NCBI GenBank assembly: GCA_049968255.1
Contig: JBMFRB010000001.1
Span: forward strand, 224,001 to 288,000
Source of the DNA: Candidatus Sumerlaeaceae bacterium
GTDB taxonomy: Bacteria > Sumerlaeota > Sumerlaeia > Sumerlaeales > Sumerlaeaceae
Direction of reading: 5' to 3'
DNA length: 64,000 nucleotides
A model generated the notes under the pieces. It saw nothing but the letters and a program-made list of their open reading frames with translations, made no database searches and was not told where the DNA came from. The translations under genes were made by a program, and so were the position numbers. This document shows, piece by piece, positions 9,599-22,243 of the stretch. How positions within the stretch are numbered: the first letter of the stretch is position 1; each line of letters opens with the position of its first letter.

Positions 9599-11038
9599 AT
9601 GACGCGATTCGAACCTGTCATAGGGATGGAAGTTCACGTCGAGCTGGCCACGGAATCAAAAATTTTCTGTGGCTGCGCGACTCGTTTCGGCCAGGAACCA
9701 AATACGCAGACGTGTCCGATTTGCCTGGGAATGCCGGGCGTCTTGCCCGTGGTGAATCGCAAAGCAGTGGAGTTCACGATACGGACTGCGATCGCGCTGA
9801 ATTGTCGCATTAATGAGCGAACGTGGTTCGACAGAAAAAATTACTATTATCCGGACCTTCCGAAAAACTACCAAATTTCGCAGAACTATGCGTGCTTGGG
9901 CGTGGACGGGTGGATCGAGATCCCCGTGGGTGAGAATTCGAAACGAGTGCGTATCAATAATGTTCACCTCGAGGAAGACGCTGGCAAACTTATCCATCCC
10001 GAAGTCCCGGGGGCTGATTATTCGCTGGTGGACCTTAACCGTGCGGGGACGCCGCTGATCGAAATTGTGAGCGAGCCAGACATGGCTACCGCGGATGAAG
10101 CTTTGGCCTACATGGTCACGCTGAAAAATCTTCTCGAGTACATCGAAGTGAGCGACTGCAAAATGCAAGAGGGGCGGTTGCGCTTCGAAGTGAACATCAG
10201 TATGCGTGAGGCTGGATCGGCGAAGCTTGGGACGAAAGTCGAGATTAAAAATCTCAATTCGATGAAGACTGCGCTCAAGTGCATTGAGTATGAAATGAAA
10301 CGGCAGTCTGAGATCCTGGCAAGCGGTGGGCGCGTGGTGCAGGAGACCCGATTGTGGGACGAAGCGGCGGGCGAGACGCGCGCCATGCGTTCCAAGGAAT
10401 TTGCCCACGACTATCGCTATTTCCCCGATCCAGACCTTGTCGAGATTCGCATTCCCACGAGTTGGCAAGAAGAGGTGCGCCAGAGCCTGCCCGAGCTTCA
10501 AGACGCAAAGCGGCGCCGCTATACCCAAGAACTCGGGCTTCCAGAGTATGATGCGCGTGTGTTGACAGCCTCGAAAAAAACCGCAACTTACTACGAAAAA
10601 GCGGTTGCTGCTTACCACAATCCAAAAGCCATCAGCAACTGGATGATGACAGAGCTACTGCGTGAACTTCGCGACCGCGAGATGGACGCGGATGAATTGC
10701 TGCTCAAGCCTGAGGGATTGGCCGCAATTGTTCGAATGATCGACGAGGGTCGAATTAGCGGCAAAATCGGGAAGCAAATTTTTCAGAAAGCCTTGGAAAC
10801 CGGCGAGGCGCCAGAAAGCATTGTCCAGCGCGAAGGACTTATCCAGGTCTCTGACGCCGGCGAGGTGGAACGATGGGTGGACGAGGCCATCGCAGAAAAT
10901 CCCGATATGGCAACGAAAATTCAGGCGGGCAACGAAAAGCCAATCCAGGCGCTCGTTGGGCAGGTGATGAAAAAATCGCGAGGCAAAGCAAACCCCAAGA
11001 TCGTGAACGATCTCATCCGACAGAAATTGCTCAGCTAG
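9599..11038 (+). CDS. gatB: Asp-tRNA(Asn)/Glu-tRNA(Gln) amidotransferase subunit B
   Basis: VIGMEVHVEL, DRKNYYYPDLPKNYQISQ, HLEEDAGK, NRAGTPLIEIVSEP, YRYFPDPDL, GQVMKKSRGKANP. Confidence 0.97.
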   Translation: MTRFEPVIGMEVHVELATESKIFCGCATRFGQEPNTQTCPICLGMPGVLPVVNRKAVEFTIRTAIALNCRINERTWFDRKNYYYPDLPKNYQISQNYACLGVDGWIEIPVGENSKRVRINNVHLEEDAGKLIHPEVPGADYSLVDLNRAGTPLIEIVSEPDMATADEALAYMVTLKNLLEYIEVSDCKMQEGRLRFEVNISMREAGSAKLGTKVEIKNLNSMKTALKCIEYEMKRQSEILASGGRVVQETRLWDEAAGETRAMRSKEFAHDYRYFPDPDLVEIRIPTSWQEEVRQSLPELQDAKRRRYTQELGLPEYDARVLTASKKTATYYEKAVAAYHNPKAISNWMMTELLRELRDREMDADELLLKPEGLAAIVRMIDEGRISGKIGKQIFQKALETGEAPESIVQREGLIQVSDAGEVERWVDEAIAENPDMATKIQAGNEKPIQALVGQVMKKSRGKANPKIVNDLIRQKLLS

Positions 11039-11139
11039 CAAAGCGAGATCTGTTCGTGCTCCCGAATTTTGGAGCCATGAAATGATCAACTCACCTACCC
11101 AGTTGCTCGTTGTTTTGCGAAACGCTTTTTGACTACCTG

Positions 11140-13695
<2,556 letters not shown>

Positions 13696-13839
13696 GGTGT
13701 TATTCGACTACGTGACGAATAGCTTATTCGCTTGGTAGGTCACAGACGCATGAATGAACTAAATTCGAGTTGGCATCAACGTTGTGCTGATCCGCAGAGT
13801 GGCATGCGGCACCGATTTAATCCCGCGGCGCAAGGGAAA

Positions 13840-15072
13840 ATGACCAATGATCGTCGTGGGGAAATTTGGGAAGCAGCCGCAATCCTTCTGGTCACTGCAC
13901 TTCACATCGCTTATTATTTGCTGTGCTTACGCCGTGGACATATTGATCCTGGAGTGGACGGCGAAGTTTATCGCCAACTTGCCAGAGAATACCTTGCCTC
14001 AGATTCGCTGCTTGGCGAAAAGTGCAAGATTCTTTTCTGGACGCCTTGGTACGTGTTTATCGCACTCACGGGGGCAAACCAAAGTGGAGTGTTTGTTTTC
14101 CAGCTTGGAGCTTTTGTTCTCACGCTTGTGGCGATAAGGGGCCTCGCCCAGAACTTGGGCTTATCCGGCACGTGGCGAGTCCTCGCGATCTTGGGCTACG
14201 GTCTGTATTGGCCGACGTTCGATTACGTGATTTTCTATCAATATGAAAACTTTTTATCTTGGGGTGTGGCCACCACGGCATGGTTTATGAGCCACGAGAG
14301 GACCACACTGCGCTTGCGTTGGCAAAACTGGCTGGTTGCAGGGGTTGTTGTTGGCCTTAGTGTCTTTGCACATTCGCGTGCTGCCGGATTACTCGTTCTT
14401 TGCGCTGCGCTTCTTACCGCGCTCAGCATTCACTCGCGTCAGGCACTCCTAAGGCACCATCTGGCTTTTTGGACGCCGGCGCTTGCGCCTCTGCTTTTGT
14501 GGGGGGTGAGAAACCGACTCCTTTGGGGCAAATGGATTTGGAGCTCAACATCCTTTGGCTATAATTTCTATGTTGGGTTCAATCCCGTAGCCACGGGATC
14601 TTTTATGCCCCAGCCACCGTATCCGCCACTTGATAAAGCGGGCGCGCTAGCGCTGGATTTCATTCGCACCCATCCCGGGCGAGCACTGGAGCTTGTTCTA
14701 TGGAAGCTCATTCGCTATTGGGAGATTTCCGAGGTTGGTCAATTTGGCCCGTGGTGGCTTCTGTGGCAGGAGTGGCTTCTCATGCCGCTGGGTTTGGTTG
14801 GGTTCGCCCTGGCAGGGTACCGCGTTGCGAAGCTCGTCATCAGTCACCGTACGATCGTTTTTGAACAATCAGCTCATGCGGCACTTTTCTCTTTGGTCTG
14901 GATCATTACTTATTTTCAGATATTTCATGCGATCTTCTATGTGTTTACCCCTCGTTTTCGACTGCCAGCAATGCCGCTCATTGTTCTGGCAGGCTTATGG
15001 CTACTCCATGAAGCATGGCTGGAAAGCTTACGCATCAATCGAAAGGTCACTGCGGCCTCAACCGCGGCTTGA
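13840..15072 (+). CDS. Polytopic membrane protein, probable GT-C (ArnT/PMT-like) glycosyltransferase
   Basis: Many hydrophobic segments; DGEVYRQLA loop, WGVRN...GYNFYVGFNP, and PRFRLP near the C-terminus. Start uncertain (13732-13840). Confidence 0.65.
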   Translation: MTNDRRGEIWEAAAILLVTALHIAYYLLCLRRGHIDPGVDGEVYRQLAREYLASDSLLGEKCKILFWTPWYVFIALTGANQSGVFVFQLGAFVLTLVAIRGLAQNLGLSGTWRVLAILGYGLYWPTFDYVIFYQYENFLSWGVATTAWFMSHERTTLRLRWQNWLVAGVVVGLSVFAHSRAAGLLVLCAALLTALSIHSRQALLRHHLAFWTPALAPLLLWGVRNRLLWGKWIWSSTSFGYNFYVGFNPVATGSFMPQPPYPPLDKAGALALDFIRTHPGRALELVLWKLIRYWEISEVGQFGPWWLLWQEWLLMPLGLVGFALAGYRVAKLVISHRTIVFEQSAHAALFSLVWIITYFQIFHAIFYVFTPRFRLPAMPLIVLAGLWLLHEAWLESLRINRKVTAASTAA

Positions 15073-15129
15073 GCGTCTTCTTGTTTCTTCTTTGCAATTT
15101 GTGACGAGCTAGCGATCTTCTCGCGGACG

Positions 15130-17931
15130 ATGACGGTGGGACACGACTTACTCTGGCATGCTCAACTTATTATTAGCGCACTCCCGTGGTATGGGGGGCT
15201 TCAGCTCTTTGGCTTTTGCGCCTGGCCTTTTTTCTTTGGCGTGTTCAATCGCCTCCCTGATCGAGGGTACGCGGCAGCAAAGGCGTTCGGTCTTCTCTTT
15301 GTGAGCTATGTCACGTTTATGCTGGCGCACAATCCTGGGCAGGGATTCACTTGGGAAACTGTTGCACTTAGTTTGGGCTTTCTCGCATGCATCTCGCTCA
15401 TTAGGTTGCCGCGAACCTTTGATTATCTCGTAGAGTTCGTACGCTATCGCTGGCGAGTCTGCGCGGCTTATGAACTCGTCTTTTTTCTCGGGTTTGTGAC
15501 CATGGTGCTGCTGCGGGCCCAAATGCCGCAAATTACCTATGAGATTTCAGACTTTGCTGCGGAGAAATTTACGGATTTTGCGATTCTCAATAGCGTACTG
15601 ACATCCCGGGTTTTCCCGCCGCATGATGCCTGGCTGAGTGGATTCACACTGAACTACTACTATTTTGGCCACTTTCTGTGGGCCACTGTGGCACGCTTCA
15701 CGGGCACTAGTGCCGCCATCGCCTTCAATTTGGCACTAGCCTCAATTTTCGCCTACGTGCTGTTGCTTGCCACTTCGCTGGGCTACAATGTCACCGCAAA
15801 GCTGCGTTGGGGACTTTTCTGCGCGTTTCTCGTTGGTCTCAGCTCAAATCTCGACGGCGCACTCCAATTGCTTGGGATCGCACAAGAAATATGGGATGGA
15901 AACCTTAGCCTTGGCTCCTGGTATCTTGGCTATGATTTCTGGCGTAGCTCACGTGCGATTGCAAACACGATCAATGAGTTCCCCGCGTTCAGTTTTCTCC
16001 TTGGCGACCTGCACGCTCACCTCTCGTCGTTAGTCATTTTTCTCGCGGGACTATTGCTGTGCCTTCAGGCATGGCGCAGTGTTCGTCGGGCCGGTTCTCT
16101 TCTTCGTTGGGAGCTGGAAAACCTCGACGAACTGCTTTTCCTCGCCATGATTATCGGCGCCCTCTACGCGGCCAACTCATGGGACAGTGTTCCCTTCGCT
16201 GCATGCGTGGTTGCTTCCTTATGGAGCGCTGCCACATCGGCTATCTCCCACAACGCCAAGCTGACAGGCAACCCTCGCTCCGTCGCGGGGTGGCGAATCG
16301 CCGTTTTTGTGGAATCTGTGCTCATCACGGCGATCGCTGGAATGCTAGGAATTGTCCTGTTGTTCCGTCCTTACTGGCTTGATTTTCTTCCACCGAATGC
16401 GCGCCTTGCGCGCGTACCATCAGAACTCCTGAGTTCGCCAGTGGAATTTCTGGTTCACTGGAGCCTCCTTTTGGCTCCGTCGCTGACTGTGATGTGGGTT
16501 CTCTTGCGAAGCATTTTTCTACGGTCAGCCTTTGGCTCTCTGGGTGGGGGGGTCACACGTGAGAAGCTCTGGGGATTTGTGGCCCTTTATGCAATGGGGA
16601 TTCTTTTAGGAGTCGTGAGTGGGTTTGGAATTGTGGGCTCTGTTTGCCTCATGAGTTTCTTTGCGGTGGTTTATGTCGTTTTGGCACATCAGCAGTCCTC
16701 CGTATTTCGTTTCTGGCTGAGCTTGCTTGCCGTATTCAGCCTACTTGCTGCGTTTTGTGAGCTCTATTATTTTGATGATATTTTCACAGGTGCGATTGAA
16801 CGCATTAATACGGTTTTCAAAATCTATTACGGGCTATGGCCGATTGCAGCTGTTGCCGGTACAATTGCGGCTTCACGATTGACGCGCTACGGGACGACGC
16901 GTCAGCGGGCCGTCAGCCGCGCGGGCGTCCTGCTGTTAGTCATGCTGGGGGCCGTATACCCTGTGAGTGGCACGCTTCAACGCCTGGCAATGTCGAAACA
17001 CTATCCGCGGCCACGTGATCCACAGCGCGGCCTCGATGGGCTCGTTTATCTCGCTAACTTACAGCCGGACGATTACGCGGCCATCTTGTGGCTGCGCGCC
17101 TACACTGAGCCGGATGCACGCCTCGTGGAAGCACCAGGAAAGCAGTATGAATATGCAGGGAGGATGGCGACAAACACGGGGAGGCCTTCGCTCGGCGGGT
17201 GGCTTTATCACGAATGGGGCTGGCGAGGAAATTCTTTCGAGATCGAACGTGATCGCAGATTCCAACTCGCAGATATCATCTACTCGAGCCCATCACTCAA
17301 GGCAACAGCGGAGGCATTATTGGAAAACCGCTTTGCCTTTGTGATTGTGGGACAGACCGAACGTGAGCGATTTCCCCTGCTGAACGAAGAAAAATTTCAC
17401 AAGCTCGGTGCTCTAGCCTATCGCCGCGGTAGCACGTCTATCTATCGGCTTTCCCCAGCGATGCTTCAAGCTACCGCCGAATCAGAAGAGCTAACGACAG
17501 CGCCGGGACTGAAGTCATTTTCGCTCGAAACCACCGAAGAGGCACTGAGCTCGAGCCGAAGCACCGAGACAGCTCATGAGATCGCGACGACGACCGTGGC
17601 CAGGCCACTTCGCCTTGATGAGCGGTTTAGCAGCGTGCCAACACAATCGAGTCGCGTCGCCCCCATAACGAAACAAAGTCCCGAAACAACCTCGCCCCAG
17701 AGGCTCGCACCAGTTGAGCACGATGCTACCACTTCAACTCTTGCTACAGATGTGTCTCAGTTGAGTTCAAATAAGGCAGCTGCTTCTCCAGCGATTACTC
17801 ACTACGAGGATTTTTCGGACTCGCTGAGCACAAAAACCATCGTTGGTTTGGTTGTACCTTCAGAACTAGCGACGACCACAGGATACCAGATTACATCTTC
17901 GCTCCATGAATCAATTGCCCATGCAGAATGA
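15130..17931 (+). CDS. DUF2298 (Chlor_Arch_YYY-type) membrane protein, putative GT-C glycosyltransferase, with Ser/Thr-rich tail
   Basis: EKFTDFAILNS, PPHDAWLSG..NYYYFGH, TINEFPAFSFLLGDLHAH, NSWD, RINTVFKIY, GWLYHEWGWRG. Confidence 0.85.
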   Translation: MTVGHDLLWHAQLIISALPWYGGLQLFGFCAWPFFFGVFNRLPDRGYAAAKAFGLLFVSYVTFMLAHNPGQGFTWETVALSLGFLACISLIRLPRTFDYLVEFVRYRWRVCAAYELVFFLGFVTMVLLRAQMPQITYEISDFAAEKFTDFAILNSVLTSRVFPPHDAWLSGFTLNYYYFGHFLWATVARFTGTSAAIAFNLALASIFAYVLLLATSLGYNVTAKLRWGLFCAFLVGLSSNLDGALQLLGIAQEIWDGNLSLGSWYLGYDFWRSSRAIANTINEFPAFSFLLGDLHAHLSSLVIFLAGLLLCLQAWRSVRRAGSLLRWELENLDELLFLAMIIGALYAANSWDSVPFAACVVASLWSAATSAISHNAKLTGNPRSVAGWRIAVFVESVLITAIAGMLGIVLLFRPYWLDFLPPNARLARVPSELLSSPVEFLVHWSLLLAPSLTVMWVLLRSIFLRSAFGSLGGGVTREKLWGFVALYAMGILLGVVSGFGIVGSVCLMSFFAVVYVVLAHQQSSVFRFWLSLLAVFSLLAAFCELYYFDDIFTGAIERINTVFKIYYGLWPIAAVAGTIAASRLTRYGTTRQRAVSRAGVLLLVMLGAVYPVSGTLQRLAMSKHYPRPRDPQRGLDGLVYLANLQPDDYAAILWLRAYTEPDARLVEAPGKQYEYAGRMATNTGRPSLGGWLYHEWGWRGNSFEIERDRRFQLADIIYSSPSLKATAEALLENRFAFVIVGQTERERFPLLNEEKFHKLGALAYRRGSTSIYRLSPAMLQATAESEELTTAPGLKSFSLETTEEALSSSRSTETAHEIATTTVARPLRLDERFSSVPTQSSRVAPITKQSPETTSPQRLAPVEHDATTSTLATDVSQLSSNKAAASPAITHYEDFSDSLSTKTIVGLVVPSELATTTGYQITSSLHESIAHAE

Positions 17932-18928
17932 CAAACATAATCCATCAGAAGCGACGCCGACCCACAAGACGAACACGTTCTCCGCGGAAGCTCAAGTGCA
18001 GCCCAACGCGGCATTTCGCTCGGGTTTCGTGGCAATTCTCGGTAAACCGAATGCGGGGAAATCCACTCTGCTCAACGCCCTGGTTGGGGAACGCCTGGCC
18101 ATTGTGTCAGACAAACCGCAGACCACTCGCGACCGCGTCGCAGGAGTCCTCACGACAGACAATTATCAGGTCGTGTTTCTAGATACTCCGGGAATCATCG
18201 TGCCACGCGATCGATTCAATGAAGCGCTGATTGAACGCGTGGACGAGGCGGTCGAAGATGCCGATGTGCTCTATCACCTTGTAGACGCGACGGACGCCGA
18301 ACCACCAAACGAGCGCCTTGTGCAAGCGCTGGCGCGTGGGCAGGCAGTAGTACGTTTTCTCGTGCTAAATAAAATTGACAAGATAACAAATGAACCAAAG
18401 AATGCACTTCCCCCCGGCATCGATCCATCACAATACAGTGCTGTGTTTCGCATTTCCGCTCTCCACAAACAGGGCATTGAATCCCTCCTGGAGGCGACGG
18501 TCGCGCAACTGCCCGAGGGACCGCTGTATTATGATCCAGAGCAGATCACGGATCGAGAAGAGCGGTTTTTTGCAGCGGAGGCCGTGCGCGAAAAGATTCT
18601 GCTCTATACCGATGAGGAAGTCCCTTACTCCGTTTTCACGAAAGTCGAGCAGTTCGAAGAACGACCAGACAAAGACTATATTCGCGTCGTCATTTACGTT
18701 GAACGCGAATCACAAAAGCCGATCATTATCGGTAAAGGTGGAAAGCTCATCAAGCGCATTGGGATGGAAGCGCGGCAGGATATTGAAAAACTGACTGGCA
18801 GACCTGCCTATCTCGAGCTGTGGGTGAAGGTGCGAAAAAACTGGCGCAAAAACGACTTTGACCTACGGAATTTTGGGTTCAAGCCTCCACCGAAAAAAAC
18901 TAGCAAAGAAACACGAAGGTCATGCTGA
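17906..18928 (+). CDS. era: GTPase Era
   Basis: GKPNAGKSTL, KPQTTR, DTPG, NKID, EVPYS, KH domain IIGKGG, LWVKV. Confidence 0.97.
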   Translation: MNQLPMQNDKHNPSEATPTHKTNTFSAEAQVQPNAAFRSGFVAILGKPNAGKSTLLNALVGERLAIVSDKPQTTRDRVAGVLTTDNYQVVFLDTPGIIVPRDRFNEALIERVDEAVEDADVLYHLVDATDAEPPNERLVQALARGQAVVRFLVLNKIDKITNEPKNALPPGIDPSQYSAVFRISALHKQGIESLLEATVAQLPEGPLYYDPEQITDREERFFAAEAVREKILLYTDEEVPYSVFTKVEQFEERPDKDYIRVVIYVERESQKPIIIGKGGKLIKRIGMEARQDIEKLTGRPAYLELWVKVRKNWRKNDFDLRNFGFKPPPKKTSKETRRSC

Positions 18929-20340
18929 GCTCTTCCCGCTTTGAATGCTGCCTTAGGCGCCTTGCGAGATTTCTCATGTCCAAAGTTTGGCTCGCTGCAT
19001 GTCTCTGTGCCCTGGAGATGCAACCTAGCCACGCTGGCTCAGCAACGCCAAACACAAGGATCAACGAAAACGGCACTACTGTCGTTGCTGATGCTACAAC
19101 AGATTTTCTCAGCGATGACGGCTGGCGGCAGCTACCACGCACAGAACGACAGCGTTACTTCCAGCGTAGCCTACTCGCGAAGCTTGAACCGACAGGTCAG
19201 CCGGCCCTAGAGAAGCTTTCGCTCTATGTCGAGCGTTACAAAGATGCTGTGGTATTCGACGGCCGTTTGGTGGTGTTTTCCGTACGCGCAGTGGTCAACG
19301 ATTTTCGCCACCGCAAGATCTCACTCGAAGGCGAAGTCTCCGTCACGCAATACAAAAGCGGGCTAGCCAGTGCACTCGAGGCCCTAGGCTTTGACCTTGT
19401 GCGCAATGACATCGTGGTTTTGCCCTGTGCCAGCTCTGGAAATAAGAGCTTTGGTGTGGCGACGACGGTGACGGCGGCCATGCGTCGCGAGCCACGGGAA
19501 CGGGCCGAGCAGGTGAATTCGATCGCCCTTGGATGGCCTGTGCGCGTGCTGCGAAGTGCTCGACCGGACGATCTCACGACTGGCGCTACACGTGGGACGT
19601 TTCGTGCTCCGCGCAGCTTTAGCAACTCCGTGAATGCAGAGCCGCGAGAATCAGCAAAATCCGACTTCGACGTGTCGCAGTGGTTATTGGTCCAAAGCGC
19701 GGAGGGCTACATCGGCTTTGTCCGGCGCGAGGGCATCAAATTTATGAGCGAGTACCGCTTGCCTGATGCCATGCTTCTCGTGCCCACCACCGCCACGCTT
19801 GCAAACGGAAGCGTGCTGCTTCTTCCTACAGCCACAGGTTTGAGAAAAGCCCCCGATGGACGGTGGAGCATTGATTTGGCCAGCGAGCAGCTTCAACTGC
19901 AACTGCCAATGAACCACGTGAGTAGCACCCGTGCTACGTTCACGAGCAGCATGATCCTAGAACTGGCACAGCCGCTCCTGGGCACCAAATATGTCTGGGG
20001 CGGCGTTACAAATTTCGGCATAGATTGCTCGGGTTTTACGCAATTCATTTACCGTTGTAAGGGCCTCCATCTTCCACGCGACGCCGAGGAACAAGCCATT
20101 GTGGGGATGATTGTTGGTTTTGGCCCCCAAGTTGTGCCAAATTTGCGAGCTGGAGATCTTGTCTTTTTCGTTAACGAGCGCGGGAAGGTCTCTCACGTCG
20201 CTATTTCCCTGGACGGGGAAAAAATTATTCACTCGTCGCAGCGCGATGTTCACTTGGACTCGCTGACCTCTGTTCGTGAGGACGGCGAGGCCCCGTTGGC
20301 GGAACGCATTCTCTATGCGCGACGAGTGGTCGGATGGTAG
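18922..20340 (+). CDS. NlpC/P60 (C40) cell-wall peptidase with SH3-like region
   Basis: LGTKYVWGG..GIDCSGF, LPRDAEEQ, GDLVFF, SHVAI, IIHSS (Cys-His-His). Signal-like N-terminus from about 18976. Confidence 0.88.
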   Translation: MLSSSRFECCLRRLARFLMSKVWLAACLCALEMQPSHAGSATPNTRINENGTTVVADATTDFLSDDGWRQLPRTERQRYFQRSLLAKLEPTGQPALEKLSLYVERYKDAVVFDGRLVVFSVRAVVNDFRHRKISLEGEVSVTQYKSGLASALEALGFDLVRNDIVVLPCASSGNKSFGVATTVTAAMRREPRERAEQVNSIALGWPVRVLRSARPDDLTTGATRGTFRAPRSFSNSVNAEPRESAKSDFDVSQWLLVQSAEGYIGFVRREGIKFMSEYRLPDAMLLVPTTATLANGSVLLLPTATGLRKAPDGRWSIDLASEQLQLQLPMNHVSSTRATFTSSMILELAQPLLGTKYVWGGVTNFGIDCSGFTQFIYRCKGLHLPRDAEEQAIVGMIVGFGPQVVPNLRAGDLVFFVNERGKVSHVAISLDGEKIIHSSQRDVHLDSLTSVREDGEAPLAERILYARRVVGW

Positions 20341-20403
20341 GGCTGAGGTTTTCTTGCTGCGTGGATAGCAAACAATCTAGGTGATCGGCCGTATTCTTTC
20401 GAC

Positions 20404-21075
20404 GTGAACACTTTTCAACAGCAGCCAGTAACCCTGGTGATCACAGAGATTTACCTTTCGATTCAGGGCGAATCCACGTGGGCGGGATGCCCCTGCGTGT
20501 TTGTGCGCCTCACAGGTTGCCCGTTGCGGTGCAGCTACTGTGACACTGAATACGCGTTCACCGGGGGCAGGCGGATACGGCTCGAAGATGTTCTCGCAGA
20601 GGTAGCAAGCTTCGGTTGTCCACTTGTCGAAATTACGGGGGGTGAGCCACTAGCTCAGCCCGCATGTGTAGAGCTGTTGCGGATTCTGGTGACGCACGGC
20701 TTCACAGTGCTCCTGGAAACTAGTGGTGCTTTTTCTCTCGCCAATGTGCCCGCGGAGGTGCGAAAGATCATGGACCTCAAGTGTCCGTCGAGTGGTGAAG
20801 CTGAGCGTAACCTTTGGGGCAATATCGAATTTCTCCAGCCTCATGACGAAGTGAAATTTGTGATCGGTGACCGCACCGATTTTGAGTGGGCGAGCAAAGT
20901 TTGCCGAGAACATGGCCTCGTCAAACGCGTGCGGGCCGTCCTTTTCAGTCCCGTTTTCGGTAAACTTGCGCCGTTATCTCTCGCACAATGGATTCTCGAT
21001 GAGCGTCTGTTCGATGTGCGCTTGCAGCTTCAGCTTCACAAGTACGTCTGGCCCCCTGAGGCACGTGGCGTCTGA
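20404..21075 (+). CDS. queE: 7-carboxy-7-deazaguanine synthase (radical SAM)
   Basis: EIYLSIQGES, FVRLTGCPLRCSYCDT, ITGGEPL, LQLHK. Confidence 0.9.
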   Translation: MNTFQQQPVTLVITEIYLSIQGESTWAGCPCVFVRLTGCPLRCSYCDTEYAFTGGRRIRLEDVLAEVASFGCPLVEITGGEPLAQPACVELLRILVTHGFTVLLETSGAFSLANVPAEVRKIMDLKCPSSGEAERNLWGNIEFLQPHDEVKFVIGDRTDFEWASKVCREHGLVKRVRAVLFSPVFGKLAPLSLAQWILDERLFDVRLQLQLHKYVWPPEARGV

Positions 21076-21079
21076 TCAG

Positions 21080-22153
21080 TCAGCCTCCCAATTGCGCAGC
21101 GATCTGTTCTGCCTCGAGAGTAAAGGCCCGCACAAGGCGCCGCACGGCCTCGTAATCAGTGAGTCGCATAAGACTTGTGGGCGCGTGAATGTAGCGGCAC
21201 GGGACGCTGAGTGTTGCCGTGGGAATGCCTTCGCGCGTGGTGTGAATTCGCGCCGCATTTGTGCCCCCAAAAATTGGGCGTTTAATCTGATAAGGAATTT
21301 GCTCCCTCTCGGCGAGGGATTCGAGAATGCGTACCAGGCGCGGATGGCAGTGGGTGTATTTGTCCATCAACGTGATGGCGGCCCCGGCTCCGATGCGCGT
21401 AGGGCATCGCGCCTCTGGCACACCAGGCACGTCTGCGGCGACGGTGCCCTCAAGCACGAGCGCAAGCGTCGGCGCAATGCGAAAGGCTCCGACCATAGCG
21501 CCACGCGCATTGAGCTCCTCGAAAGTAGAAAAGAGGCCGACGACTTCGATGTTCAAACGAGGTAACTCGGCAAGTGACCAAAATAGCTCGATCAACTGTG
21601 CGCATCCGAGCCGGTCGTCAAAGGCTTTTCCTGCGACGACACCGTTGTTCAGCTCAATAAACCCTTGTGCTGGAACAACACTGTCACCTATGCGAATGCC
21701 CCATGCTGCGACTTCCTCTCTACTCGTGGCGCCAACATCCAGAAAGACATTGTCTAAGCTGATGGGTGTTTTTCTCTCCTCGGCAGGCTGGATATGCGGC
21801 GGCGTCGTTCCTACGATTCCAACGTACTTTTTCGCGTCGCGTGTGCGAATCTCGAGGCGCTGCGCGAGGACAATACGTTCATCCCAGCCACCAATCGGTG
21901 CAAGGCGTAAAAAACCGCTGGCCTCAATATGCGAGACGACAAAACCGACTTCATCCATGTGAGCATCCACGAGAAGCACTGGTGCTGACTGAGAACGCGC
22001 ATGTCGCCGAACAATGAGATTGCCAAGTGCATCGGTTAGAATGTCATCCACACAATCTGCTAATGCTTCGAGAATCAACTCACGCACGTCGTTTTCGTAG
22101 CCGCTGGGGCCGTGAGCTTCGCTCAAGCGACGAATGAGTTCGAGAGTGGTCAT
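21080..22153 (-). CDS. M42 family metallo-aminopeptidase
   Basis: GPSGYE, AHMDEVG, IGGWD, KAFDDRLG, STFEE, RYIHAP. AGGAG RBS before the ATG at 22153. Confidence 0.9.
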   Translation of the reverse strand: MTTLELIRRLSEAHGPSGYENDVRELILEALADCVDDILTDALGNLIVRRHARSQSAPVLLVDAHMDEVGFVVSHIEASGFLRLAPIGGWDERIVLAQRLEIRTRDAKKYVGIVGTTPPHIQPAEERKTPISLDNVFLDVGATSREEVAAWGIRIGDSVVPAQGFIELNNGVVAGKAFDDRLGCAQLIELFWSLAELPRLNIEVVGLFSTFEELNARGAMVGAFRIAPTLALVLEGTVAADVPGVPEARCPTRIGAGAAITLMDKYTHCHPRLVRILESLAEREQIPYQIKRPIFGGTNAARIHTTREGIPTATLSVPCRYIHAPTSLMRLTDYEAVRRLVRAFTLEAEQIAAQLGG

Positions 22154-22243
22154 TTGGCTCCTCGCGAAAGAGAGTTTCACTGCGCTTACCTAGCAAGAAC
22201 GAACTTGGCAGCAGCCTCTTTACTTCTTCAAGCTCGTAGCCTT

